From positions 30,318,001 through 30,382,000 of the forward strand of contig OX597830.1 in the NCBI GenBank assembly GCA_951406725.2: a stretch of DNA of 64,000 nucleotides. Reading direction: 5' to 3'. Both the position numbers and the translations under genes were made by a program. The stretch comes from Octopus vulgaris (Eukaryota). Under the pieces are notes generated by a model. The model was not told the origin of the DNA. It saw only the letters and a list, made by a program, of their open reading frames with translations, and searched no databases. Numbering within the stretch: the first letter of the stretch is position 1; the number at the start of each line of letters is the position of its first letter. Shown piece by piece: positions 1 to 16,065 of the stretch.

Positions 1-8
1 TATATATA

Positions 9-160
9 GGCGCTTGAGTGGCAGTGTGTTAAGTAGCTTGCTTCCCAACCACATAGTTCTGGGTTCAGTTTCACTGCATGGCATCTTGGACAAGTAGCCT
101 CAAGCCGACCAAAGCCTTGTGAGTGGAACTGGTAGACAGAAACTGTAAGAAATCCCTCGC

Positions 161-214
<54 letters not shown>

Positions 215-407
215 ATTTGTGTCAGTGCTTGTCCCCCACCATCTCTTCACAACCAATATTGGTGTGTTAACGTCCCCGTAGCTTAGTGGTTTGGTCAAAA
301 GGATGACACAGTAAGTACTAGGTTTACAAAGTCCTGAGGTCAACTCATTCGCCTAAAGGTTGTGCTCCCCCATGGCCGCATTCAAATGACTGAACATGTA
401 AAAGAAA
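9..407 (+). mobile_element. tRNA-derived SINE, family A (internal TA/TG microsatellite), diverged copy
   Basis: tRNA-like head with GGGTTCAGT B-box-like motif, a CTTGGACAAGT CORE-like segment, internal (TA)n(TG)n and a tail ending GACTGAACATGTAAAAGA; colinear with the copies at 36209, 56040 and 60912. Confidence 0.85.
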
Positions 408-528
408 ATATACATTCGTAATATTATGTAAACTACATCCGCAGTGCTTTTGAAACAAATGTAATATTCGCCAAATACTTCCATCCCTTTTATTTACAAA
501 CATATACGCGCGCACGCACACACACATA

Positions 529-659
<131 letters not shown>

Positions 660-1479
660 ATAATCATAAATATATACTCATGAATTTACACACATACAGC
701 TGCTGAAGAAAGAATTCACAGATTATACGTTTTCACATCTGGTATTACAAAATAAAAGCTCGAATGAATTACTAGATAGAACGCAATCTATATCATTCAT
801 TGACGGTAAAGTTAATATATGCATCTAGTCTTCAACCTAAATTGAGTATGATCTATAATAATAATAGTAACAACAATAATCATTCTACCAGTGTAAAAAT
901 GATTCTTGTAAAAATGGAACATCTGTTATATTAAGGGGAGATACATGCATAAGCATATTTTGAGGCTCCTCTTATGACAAAATATTTATTGTGTATTTTT
1001 TCTTCTTTCTGGTTCATATATATATATATATATATTGTTCTGTCATTGTTTGTTTATCGTCCTTGTGTATGTAAATCAGCTATTTCTACACTAGCCCCCA
1101 AACAATAGCGCACGTAGTTTACAATCACGGGTACATGTTTCCTGTTGAAATACCAGCCCGAGATATTTTTCTCCCATACCCTTTTATGTGCGGGAAAAAA
1201 AAGAAACACACGCATATGCATCCACAAACACATACATACACAAACAAACAGACAGACACACATACAGAGGGATAAATACACAAACACGCATCCCCCCCCA
1301 CACACACATACTGTCTCTCTCTCTATGTCTTTCTTGCACAATAGTCACATCACACACACACACCCATATAAAAATGTCTTGTTGTATACCTCGGTCAGAA
1401 GAAGTAGCAAAATATTCATATTTGCATTATAATTCGGCGTTCGACATTTATTTCTCATATTGTTGCAATTCTCTACGTT

Positions 1480-1800
1480 GGACAATACACTTAGCGGCAT
1501 TTCGTTCGGTTCAAATTACGCTGAGATCAACTTTTACACTTTTATACTTTCGATGTCTACAAAATAAATACAGGTTGTGGGGCCGATATCATCAGCTAAA
1601 CTCCTAAGATATTGCTGGTTTTCTGCCCAAGTCGGAAACCAGTTTATTCTCATCATTTTCTTGACTCGGGAATGGTATTGTTCTTGCTCGAAATAAAATC
1701 TTCCATTGTCGACTTTTCCTTTCAAGGTTAACAAAATTGACCTTTCGAGGTTTAATAAAATAGTAATTTTGGCCCAAGGCTCGCAATTTCGGGTAAGGGG
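1480..1800. mobile_element. Two degenerate family B SINE remnants in opposite orientations
   Basis: TTAGCGGCATTTCG..TTCAAATT..GAGATCAACTTT and GTCGACTTTTCCTTTCAAGG/GACCTTTCGAGG fragments resemble the family B core. Confidence 0.4.
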
Positions 1801-1810
1801 ATAGTAATAG

Positions 1811-2133
1811 GAGCACTCCATCGGTTACGACGACGGGGTTTCAGCTGATATGATCAACGGAACAGCTTGCTCGTAAAATTAACGTGCAAGTAGCTGAGCA
1901 TTCCACAGACACGTGTACCCATAACGTAGTTTGCAAGGAGGTTCAGCGTGACACAGAGTGTGACAAGGCAGGCCCTTTTTGAAATAGAGGTACTACTCAT
2001 TTTTGCCAGCTGAATGAACTGGAGCAACGTGAAATAAAATGTCTTGCGCAATGACACAACGCGTCGCCGGGAATCGAACTCACAACCTTACGATCATGAG
2101 CCGAATGCCCTAACCACTAAGCCACGCGCCCTC
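1811..2133 (-). mobile_element. tRNA-derived SINE, head D + tail T1
   Basis: Minus strand begins GAGGGCGCGTGGCTTAGTGGTTAGGGCATTCGG..GAGTTCGATTCCCGG (A and B boxes); the 3' half matches 47180-47360. Confidence 0.85.
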
Positions 2134-2139
2134 ACTGGG

Positions 2140-2750
2140 TAAGGGGATAAGTCGACTGCGTCAAATCCAATGTTTAACTGGGGTTGATGACATCGCTTTG
2201 TCCCTTTCCCAGAAATTGCTGGACTTGAGCCAAAAATATCATTCTTATCTTTAATGTTATTATTACTGGGGCGGCGAGCTGACGCAATCGTTAGCATGAT
2301 GGACGGAATGCTTAGCAGTATTTCGCCTGTCGCTACGTTCTGAGTTCAAAATCCGCTGAGATCGACTTTACCTTTCATCCTTTCGTGGTCGATAAATTAT
2401 GTACCAGTTGTGTATTGTGGTTGATCTAATCAACTGGCACCCTCCCCAATATTTTCGGGCCTTGTGCCTCTAGAAGAAAGGATTATTACTCAGGCGGCGA
2501 GAAGGCAGAATGATTAGCACGCTGGGCAAAATGCTTAACGGTATTTCGTCCGTCTTTACGTCCTGAGTTCAAATCTCACCAGGGTCGACTGATGCCTTTC
2601 ACCCTTAGGGATCGATAAATTAAGTACCAGTGAAACACTGGGGTAGATTTCATCGACTTATCACCTCTCCCAATATTTCAGGCCTTCTACCTTTAATAGA
2701 AAGGGTTGTTATTGTTGTTATCATCATCATCGTCATCATCATCATCATCA

Positions 2751-2826
<76 letters not shown>

Positions 2827-2976
2827 TATTATTACTAAGGCGGCGAGCGGGCAGAATCGTTAACACGGGGCGAAATGTGCTTAGCGGTAATCCGTTTCCC
2901 TTTACGTTCTGAGTTCAGATTCTGTCGAGGTCGACTTTGCCTTTCATCCTTTCAAGGTCGATAAAATTAAGTACCA
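2140..2976 (+). mobile_element. Head-to-tail cluster of family B SINEs (partial 2140-2260; 2270-2490; 2493-2710; 2839-2976 truncated) separated by (ATT)n tails
   Basis: Repeated GGCGGCGAG..GTTAGCA..GAGTTCAAAT..GTCGACTTTGCCTTTCATCCTTTC..GTCGATAAATTAAGTACCA core, each full copy followed by ATT repeats. Confidence 0.85.
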
Positions 2977-3118
2977 TACTATTCTCTTCAGTCCACTTGT
3001 GTATTTCATCCAGCTCACATTGCAGTTGCATAGTGTCTTCAGGGTTCTGTATTACCCGTGAGACTTTTGTATCATCTGCATAACTTGTGGTCGTGGCCCT
3101 CTGTGTGGCTGAGGGCAT
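2977..3118 (-). pseudogene. LINE reverse transcriptase fragment (CR1/L2-like)
   Basis: Translates as SYADDTKVSRVIQNPEDTMQLQCELDEIHKWTEENSM, the YADDTK..LQ.DL...W pattern of CR1/L2 RT. Confidence 0.8.
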
Positions 3119-3375
3119 TACAGAAATGCTTATTGCAAAAATCAGAGTAAAGCCCTGAAGAGGAAGAGGCAGACAAGTAGGAGGAAGAACTAGAGGTAAA
3201 TTGACAATTTGGTGTGTACAGGATGTAATTTTGAAACGAAATGTTTGAGATTTACCGAACAGATCTTGTCAAAGCCGATTTTCTTGTCGGTCTGAAGTCA
3301 GCAGGTATATCATCGCATCTGGTGTGGGTTGGGTGCAGTGTGATGAGACTCGATGAGACTCGATGAGACTCGACC

Positions 3376-3718
3376 ATATAGTTCTGAACTATATTTTACC
3401 TATGGAATCCTTTGTTAACTATTTTATTGTGGTGAACTCCCACCCCATAATCATTCGTTGTTTAAAAATTAGTCTTTCAAAATTCCTTTTTTTGTTTTTG
3501 TCACATTAACTAGTTTAGGTTGAACTATGTAAAATATTAGAGTCAGAAACCTTCCTTTTTTTTTTCAGTACATACCAATACATATATCCAAAACAAATAT
3601 TTTTCAGGAGATCTTAAAATACTATTATGGATCTCCAATTTATTATTTTGTTGCCTGGACCCCGCAAAACCTTATACGGATCCTTAAGGGCCATGTGGAC
3701 CCTGACTGAGAACCACTG
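3376..3718 (-). mobile_element. hAT-like MITE, same family as 48880-49129
   Basis: Ends in GAGAACCACTG (reverse complement of CAGTGGTTCTC, a hAT/Charlie-type TIR); both ends align with 48880-49129 in reverse. Confidence 0.6.
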
Positions 3719-4539
3719 GACTAAACGGAGAGAAGGGAATAGATTTGGAGGCGATTACTACATCTGTGCCGCTTAAAAGTGGACGCAAAAATAAGGAACA
3801 AAGTAAAAATGTAACAAAGATAAAAGCTGTCACAGCGAGATAAGGATTACAAAGGTGGAGAGGAAAAGGATTCGGCAATGTTGCTGAATAGGTTTTTGAC
3901 AGTGGATCAGGAAAATACTGGATGCAGTTTGTGGAGCAGTGTAACTGCAGGGCTGTATAGTGCGTAGAAATATCATTTGAGGACCGGATGCTACTCTAGC
4001 AGGTTTTTTGCAATGCAAGTTAATTGCTAACAAGTTTCATGTGATGGATTACCTTCAGCACTCATCTGTTGGTTACATTTTGTCTTACTGAACGCATTTC
4101 TGATTTATATTGACTTAATGTTATAAATGGAATTTGGACAGGTACACTGAGAAGAATATTTTTAGCGAACTGCCGAAACATCAAAGACTGTGCACTATAG
4201 AGTTGAACGCATTATATGATAACAATCATAGTGTGTATGTGTGTATAAACTTATGCATACATGCAGATATTTGTGTGAATACATGTGTATGGAATTGTGA
4301 GTGTGTGAGTGTGATGTGAATGTATATATGTACGTATTCGTGCATTATTTCTCTTACACCCAATGCATAATAATCAGAGTCTTCGTTAAATTGTAAGACA
4401 TTCAAATGGTGGTAACATTTTAGTGCAGTCATCAATATGTATTTTCAACCAGTAAATATGCTGCTTTCGAAATCTGCCGCGGGCAGTAAAACGTTTGCTC
4501 TCAGACATCCATATTTGTACCAGTATGTGTATGAGAATT

Positions 4540-8040
<3,501 letters not shown>

Positions 8041-8743
8041 GATTTGGGTAAAATCTATAGAGCGTGCTATGCAAATATCATCCACTGTTCTTAGCTACCT
8101 GGTGTCATCACACACAGTTAAATGACGGTAGGGTATTATGAGGGACTTACCTGAGGAGGCGCACATTACGCCTTGGATAACAAACAAAGATTTACACAAC
8201 ATCTCACCAATATATTAAGGTGTGAAAATGTGTCGAAACAATTGTTGGGGAAATATAAAATGCCCTCCATTCCATTTTCTGTCATTTGTGAATGTGTGTT
8301 TGTGTGTGCGTGTGTGAAACCAGAAGGCTGAGAATTGTATATATTTTTAATTGAATACTACACCTGCTTAATTTCAAGACAGGTGTTACAAAGTTATAAG
8401 TGGTGAAGAAAGAATATATACGATCTCCTCGCTATATTCTTTAATATTAATTAAACAGAATTATTTTTAATCTATGTTTGAAGAATTACGGATAAGATAT
8501 TCTATACAGTTTTTTTCTACATTTGTTCCCTTTTTAAATCCTGCTTGTAATAAAACATGTGTATCATGGAATTTAATATTTGCGAATTTTTTGCATTCTT
8601 TTGGTTTGATTTGTAATTTCTGTGCAAACTAAATTCACCTAAAAGTTAGATGATTGTATATATATCTTATATTTTAAATAAGATACTTTTATAAATACAT
8701 CGGATTAATGTGAACATGCAGATATGCACCAGGGGACACAGCT

Positions 8744-8810
<67 letters not shown>

Positions 8811-8839
8811 TATATATACATACATATATACATATATAC

Positions 8840-8884
<45 letters not shown>

Positions 8885-8915
8885 CATACGTATACATATA
8901 CATGTTTATATTCAT

Positions 8916-9500
8916 ATAAACTTCAAGGCCAGAGTGGGTAACATCTTCTATAGCTTAGTTGATAGACACTTCCCCCGAACCAATAGGTTCAGCAAAATAT
9001 TTAATAGACACATCCTGAGATTATCCTTTAGCTGTGCTCCTTGTATTAAAAAGATTTCAGTAGGTATACCCACACCCGAGGCAGAAGCTTGATGCTCATG
9101 CAGGGGTAAAACAACTTGTCTACTGAACGGGCAGTGCAGTTCGGAGACAATTGTTTACGAGGAAGAAGTAACAGCAACAGGGCCCAATGAACAACCGAGC
9201 GTGTGGAAGTATGTGGGGGTAACAGAAGGTCCCTTCAGAACCAATTTAATAAACGCAAGTCTTCCTTCAATATTGCAGAGCGATGTAACGCCACAATCCT
9301 AGCCAAGGGCTTTGAAAAAAAGGGTCACAGAATACAGCGTAAAGTGGAATTTCCTAGAAAATGCAAACCGTACATCAATGGCAGTAGGATGTGCAGACTA
9401 TGCCTGACTGAGAAGAGACCTATCTTGTCAACCTGAATAGCAGGAGTTGGGTGTTTAATTCTTATTTGCATGTAAGGAAATACTTCCTATCGTACCTGCA
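8916..9500 (+). pseudogene. Penelope-like element C-terminal linker and GIY-YIG endonuclease remnant
   Basis: [34 protein letters not shown], then CSCRGKTTCLLNGQCSSETIVY, KSSF and CKPYINGSRMCRLCLTEK, with frameshifts; these are characteristic Penelope-clade motifs. Confidence 0.85.
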
Positions 9501-9507
9501 TGCACAG

Positions 9508-10846
9508 CTATGACTGTAACCACAGACCTCCTGTCTTGACCCCCGCCAACGACCTTCCACTAATGACCTCGGAACCAGCAAAAATAGTTTGACCAAAGCA
9601 CTCACCAATGCACACATGTACACACACGCACATTCCTATAAGCTCTTCATCTACTAACTGCTCCAGGAACTTTGCTTGGTCCCGGCAACAGTTTTTCTTT
9701 ATGTTACCCAATTCCAGGCACCGGATCACCGGGTAGCTGGAACCGACCATTTTAAAAATATCTAGCAAAACCAGATCATCGGCTGATTGGGTCCATAGGG
9801 TCAAAATTGGTTTTGACCCCTTCCAATCAGCCACAGGGAGAATTCTGACATTCAAGAGCTTGGCAGTGCTGCCACCCAAGCCTTGATAGTATCTTCTATC
9901 CATTCGGGCTCTATACCGGGTGGCAGCCCACACAACTAAGCTCTTGTCAATCTCCTCCCTTCATAAGTGGGGAGAAACAGAATTGTCTCCCCTTCTAATG
10001 GTTGACTCGCAAAATCTCGAGCCTCTGTAGGGGTGTTAAACAGCAACCACGTCGTTGTATGTCTAACACCTCATGCAATGTACTTGATAGTTGGCAGGTA
10101 TTCTGCCAACTCCTTTTCGATATCCTCCTGGGAGAACATAGTGATGGTGTCATGGAACTTACAATAGGTCCTTAACTCGACCTTTCTACCGTTAAAAGTT
10201 TCCAGCCACTGCTTGAGGGCCACAATTTGCCAATCCAATACAGTGTTTTTAGTTGCCATAATAATAAAACAGAGCAAATCAAAAAATGTTCAAAATAAAA
10301 GTTCAAAAATGTTTCAATTGAAAAGTCAATAAGCAACTGAAAAAATAAGGGAAAGATAGAGCAAAGAAGAAAAACGAAGGGAGACAGTTCAATGACAACA
10401 CAATTCCGGCACTTAGGTAGTCCACACGAATGTAGTTTCGCCGTCGTAGAACAAAATATTCCAATTTTGGTTTCTCACAGCTAAGTGAGACTTTAAACAC
10501 AAAACACAGCAATTTTTCTGGCCGTCCTGGTACACCAGGCTAAATGGCAATCCTCCTAGCCGAAAAAGTCAGAAATAACACAATTTTCAGTAGGGACACG
10601 CCTCTCAAAACACACCTCTCACAACCAAGTGAGAACTTAAGCACGACCACTGGCAGACAAATGCATGGAACCCAGTGGAGACCTCTTGTTCGCCAAAAAC
10701 TAAATAATACGAGCAACGGAACCCCACTAGGTCCCCAAAAATCAGATATCTTACCCAGTAGCCATGCTTCACTATTTCACGCCCCTCACACACACCGACG
10801 TGACTTCCATCGCGAGAAAAAAAACCGCGTTCTCTCTGTGAAGTAA
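9508..10846 (-). mobile_element. L1/Tx1-like LINE 5' portion: 5' UTR and disrupted ORF1 (start ~10259)
   Basis: MATKNTVLDWQIVALKQWLETFNGRKVELRTY..KYIA followed by CLELGNIKKNC, a decayed gag-type zinc knuckle; interrupted by stops and frameshifts; clade assignment is inferred. Confidence 0.6.
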
Positions 10847-11517
10847 GCGAGCTACTTACCACATAGCTACTCCCATAGGTAGATAGACTGATAGAATAGA
10901 GGGATAGATAAATGATAGATAGAAAGATAGATAAATACATAGATATACATTTACACATTTGTGCTTGTTTCTATATGTGTGTATGATGGTATATAATCCT
11001 CTATATATATATATATATATATATCTTTTAAATACTTCATCATGTGCTGCATGGTTTATATTTAATGTAGAATTCTAACTAATTCTTGTTCGATTTTGAT
11101 TCGTTTTACAATGCAGTTCTTAATATAAAATATGTGCGCGTGTGTGTATCTGTTTAAATAAGTGTGTGCGTGTGTGTGTATGTATATATATACAAGCACA
11201 CACACATAGATGCATACATCTATGTATACGAGAGTGACAAAGAAAGTACTGTTAGTATCGTATCTTCATTTTTATTATCATCATTATTATTATTTGTGGC
11301 TGTTGTTGTTTTAGTAGTAGTAGAGTAGTATTAGTAATAGTAGCAGTAGCAGCAGCAGCAGCTAAGCATTATTTTTTTAGTTTTGTTGGCAGAGAACGTT
11401 TGAGAAATTATTATCAGATTTTCAAATAACTGCTATCACTTAGCAACAGTTTTACTTCGATATCGTGGGTGTGAAAATGTTATATACATCCCTTTTTACA
11501 GATAATCTGTAACGTTG

Positions 11518-11605
<88 letters not shown>

Positions 11606-11643
11606 CAGACAGATAGATAGACAGATAGATAGACAGATAGATA

Positions 11644-11930
11644 AGTTTCTTTATTGGCCACACAGGGCTGCACACAGATGGGACAAGTTACAAGGTAGAG
11701 CTTTTCTTTTGGGGGATGAAAAAAACAAAAAACAAAAGAAACAAAAAAAGGGGGGTGGCGTAGGTTTTCGATCAAGAGGGATCGTAAAAGGGAAGAAAAG
11801 AACAAAAATAAATAAATAAATAAATAAAAGAAAAAAGAAAAAAGAAGAAAAAAAGAAAAGGAAAAGGAACAAAAGAAAAGAGAAATGAAAAAAGAAGAAA
11901 AAAGGGGAAAAAAGGGGAAGAGGAAAAAAA
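11644..11930 (-). mobile_element. LINE-like 3' UTR fragment flanked on both sides by (GATA)n
   Basis: Minus strand: T-rich tract, then CTTGTCCCATCTGTGTGCAGCCCTGTGTGGCCAATAAAGAAAC running into (TATC)n; GATA arrays at 11519-11643 and 11931-11960. Confidence 0.55.
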
Positions 11931-12488
11931 ATAGATAGATAGATAGATAGATAGATAGATGTTCAGTGCTTTTATATGTCTTCGTGGGGGTTTATTTGTG
12001 TTATGTGCGTTCTATGTTTCATACCACTTCAGCAATTTTAAAATATGGCAAATATTCGCTATACTTCTTTGTTACTATGTAAACTTCCCAAAATTTCTTT
12101 TTGGCACATATCGTTAGCCTTAATTTCGTGCAATGAAATTTGCCATTTTGTTTCTTTTTTCATTTACTTATTTATTTTTTTATTATTAGTCATGTATTTA
12201 TGCTTGACCATATCTTAACTAGAGATCTCCTTCCTGGTCAGGAAGACGTAAACTATTGAAAGAAAACGTTGATGGCCAAATAAACGTGGTAATCCTCTCG
12301 TCAGCCATAACGATCAGACTACATGCGCTGTTTCGGCCCGTTTAATGTCCAAGCTCTTAAAATTTCGCAGTACAACACGTCTGGTTCGTTCATTGATATA
12401 GTGAATATCACTTACGTGGTAAACAAGCAAGGACTAAAAGTGAAGGACTACAACCGTCATGCAGGACGGAAGATAGCGATGCATATAC

Positions 12489-12550
<62 letters not shown>

Positions 12551-12555
<5 letters not shown>

Positions 12556-12813
12556 ATCCAAACAAGAAAGCACAAAAAAACCACAACAACGCGAGGACGT
12601 GGAACAAATATAGTATTATTGGACGCTCAGGAAAGAAGAAAAGAAGGAGGGTTTAACGTTTCGAGCGGAGCACTTCGTCGGAGACATAGGAGAAGGAAAG
12701 ATCCAGAGAAGGGAAGACAGGGGGAAAAATCGCCAACGGTACACACGCAGTCACATATATATAAATACACATATATATACATATATATATGTATATATGT
12801 ATATATATATATG

Positions 12814-12844
<31 letters not shown>

Positions 12845-12854
12845 GTATATGTAT

Positions 12855-12908
<54 letters not shown>

Positions 12909-13012
12909 ATGTATGTATAGTTAGTTAATCCAAACATGAAAACACAAGGAGAAAACACAACGCAAAGACGTGGAACAAATATAGTATCATTGGACGCTCA
13001 GGAAGGAAGGGA
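12551..13012 (-). mobile_element. Tandem Penelope-type terminal repeats (12551-12750 and partial 12923-13012) with a hammerhead-like motif
   Basis: Two copies of AGTTAATCCAAACA..GACGTGGAACAAATATAGTAT..TTGGACGCTCAGGAA separated by TA-rich repeat; minus-strand CCGACGA..GAAACGTT at 12651-12685. Confidence 0.6.
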
Positions 13013-13030
13013 AATATATATATATATATA

Positions 13031-13550
13031 TTACATGGGAAAATGCGAACATGAAAAGTCATATTCTTGAAATTATAAACCTTGAAAAGTACAGGACAAG
13101 TTATTACACCTGTAAAAGTATAGAAGCTGTTACTTCTAGTACAGTAAAGATTAAGAAACTTTTTACTTAAAATATTGCAGCAAAAAATGCCAGTTCTTCA
13201 AATTTATAACTCTTTGCAGCTCTCATCTTTTATATTTATTGTACAAAACTGTTCATCTATTTTGTAAGTTTGACTAATTAGTCACTTTTTTTCTGTATTA
13301 AGGGTAGTAAATTAGCCAAATTCTACTTAAATAAGTACAGTGTTGTTTGTAAACTATAATAAAATAAGTTTTAATATTTCAATTTTTATTTTAGCTGCAA
13401 TATTTTAAGTAAATAGTTTCTAATTCTTTACTTTACTCGAAGTAATAGCTTGTCCTATACTTTTACGGGTGTAATGACTTGTCCTGTACTTTTCCAGGTT
13501 TATAGTCTTAAAAATATAACTTTTCATATTCGCATTTTTCCATGTAATCC
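13031..13550. mobile_element. MITE with ~150 bp imperfect terminal inverted repeats
   Basis: TTACATGGGAAAATGCGAACATGAAAAG..AAAAGTACAGGACAAGT..TTACTTAAAATATTGCAGC at the left end is mirrored at 13385-13547. Confidence 0.85.
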
Positions 13551-13699
13551 ATGACTTTTCCAGACATTGCTATTATAATTAATAATATGGCAATTACTAA
13601 TTTAAGATTTTACCTAATAAAATGCTGCAAGATAATATTTCAATTTTTTCATGCTTAATTTAAATATATGTTGTGATTGAAATATTTGATATTACTCAT

Positions 13700-13904
13700 C
13701 CACACCAAATTAATGGCAGTAATTTTTACCATATTCCTCATTGCACCATTCAACGAAAAAAATACGTTTCCAATGATTCCGGTATTGGTGGGGGGACCCC
13801 CACCTCATATTTTCCGAACCAAGATTTGCAGCATATTAGGAGGTCAGGGTACTTGATTCCACGCAAAAAAAATCAAATTTTTTGTTTATTTTTTCCTTAG
13901 TGTA
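13700..13904. mobile_element. Possible DNA-transposon terminal fragment
   Basis: Ends ..TTTTCCTTAGTGTA (TACAC-type terminus beside TA); no partner end was found. Confidence 0.3.
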
Positions 13905-13949
13905 AATCGTGCGGGTGTTAATATAGAAATTTACTATAATATTTGTTGT

Positions 13950-14140
13950 AATTTAGCCTCAAATCAACCCTGATACTGCAAACCTATCATCAAAGACATT
14001 CCAGCCTTCAGCAAACCGTCATTTTTAAGGTATCCCCTTACCTAAATCACACAATGGGCGTGTGGTTTAGGTAAGGGGATACTTTGGCCGCTATCTTAGT
14101 GAGTCGAGCGACCAGGTAGCAGCTCTTTCATTGATTCGAT
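13950..14140. repeat. Old interspersed repeat, family E (also ~19170-19400, 36050-36150, 54300-54460, 56497-56560)
   Basis: Shared ATGATCAAAG..ATTCCAGCC / GGTCACGGCTGGAA and GTCGAGCGAC motifs between the copies. Confidence 0.5.
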
Positions 14141-14409
14141 TGCGTGATGAGATGTTTTTACACATATATGTAATATGTATATATATCATCGGCAAAAGTT
14201 AGAGGGTAAGTCAAAAGCTTAGAGTTTTGTGTCTTGGCACTTATCAAACACGAATTTGTCCATTGTCACTCTGTAACTTCTGACGAAATAACTTCTAAAA
14301 TACAAAATTTCGTCAAAAATGTTAAGAGTAAACCCCGCTTTATGTGACACATTCTACCAGTATCGAAAGTTTGAAAGTGTTTAGTTAAAAAAAAATATAT
14401 AATCTGTAC

Positions 14410-14512
14410 GTCAAAGTCGACCTCGGCGAAATTGGAGCTCAAAACGTAAAGACAGATGAAACACCGTTAAGCATTTCGCCCTGTGCGCTAACGTTTCTGC
14501 TCGCTCGGCGAC
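14410..14512 (-). mobile_element. Family B SINE 5' part
   Basis: AAAGTCGACCTCGGCGAAATTGGAGCTCAAAACGTAAAGAC..GCTAACGTTTCTGC..GCTCG is the reverse complement of the family B head. Confidence 0.75.
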
Positions 14513-15107
14513 TGAGGACGCAACCATTCGTTTTAGAAATATATTCTTTATTCTTATTGCTTAAACGTTATTTCTTTCTTCCTTACTTACTGACATTAAA
14601 TTTCGTAACATTTTACCTCATAACAGTTTATCTACTGAGTTTTGTTCAATGCGGATAACGATTCTCAATTCCTCGTGCATTTTTCTATCATTTAAGCTTA
14701 AGAAAAGTATACTTGTAATTCAAAATTTAAAAATTTATGTTAATTAAAGATGAATATCTGCCTTACTGCCCACTTGAGGTCTGACATATTTTGATGTCAC
14801 TTTTTTTCGACTGAACAAAATCTCAAACTATTTATGCCAAAGTGTATTTAACAGTTTGCAATTTTGTTCAGAACTGAATCAGTGGTGAAGCTTGGAAGCT
14901 GCTGCGATTGACGAAATGGTGGACTTAAAAATATATTCACGTTAAATGATATATTTATATATATATATATATATATACACATATATATATATATACACAT
15001 ACAGACACACATACATGCATAATATATATACATACATCCAAACATGCATACATATACATGTGTTTGTATATCAATATGTGTGTATGTATATATATATATA
15101 TATATCA

Positions 15108-15150
<43 letters not shown>

Positions 15151-15176
15151 GATACATATATACATATGCGTGTGTA

Positions 15177-15207
<31 letters not shown>

Positions 15208-15221
15208 GATAGATAGATAGG

Positions 15222-15255
<34 letters not shown>

Positions 15256-15256
15256 T

Positions 15257-15332
<76 letters not shown>

Positions 15333-15552
15333 GCTGAATCTTACGAACTGTGGTTTGACCAATCAGTATGTGGTTTCGATATCCCGGATCGGCGGAATCA
15401 CATAAACTACATAAACGACACAAACCTGATGATTGCATAACGCATAAAAGTACTTGATTATTTAAATGTTGTAAAATTATATAAATTGCAAATAATAAAG
15501 CGTGAAAATCAGACTAAGTTGGAATTTCATAGATTAATATACATACATATAT

Positions 15553-15735
15553 CACGTGATCAAGTGTCCGACCAGGCTATCAGATGTTGCTACACATCGC
15601 TAGTCACAATGCGCTTTTAGCCTTCAAATGACGCCACCCCGCTGGCTAATCGAGCAGGCCAACAGAAGAAAGAGTGAGAGAAAGTTGTGGCGAAAGTGTA
15701 CAGCAGGGATCGCTATCCATCCCCTGTCGGAGCTT
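15553..15735 (-). mobile_element. SINE family C body with tail T3, 5'-truncated
   Basis: GAAAGAGTGAGAGAAAGTTGTGGCGAAAG..ACAGCAGGGATC matches the reverse of 47115-47165 but is joined to a different tail. Confidence 0.7.
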
Positions 15736-16030
15736 ATATATAATATATGTATATTATTTATTATTATCGATTTAAAGATATAGTCACGAAACGCGCGTAG
15801 CCAATTTAATGTTTATTTTATTTATTGATTTTTTAAAGTAATATTTATTATAGTATATTTAAATTTGTTCTATTTAATACGGATAATGTATTTCACTATT
15901 GAATTGCTTAATAGAGGTTCTCTTAATTATACACACACACACAGATACACACACTTATATACTTGCTGTAAAAGTCGGGTATGTGTACACAGATACACAG
16001 ATACAGACACAGACACACACACAGATACAG

Positions 16031-16065
<35 letters not shown>

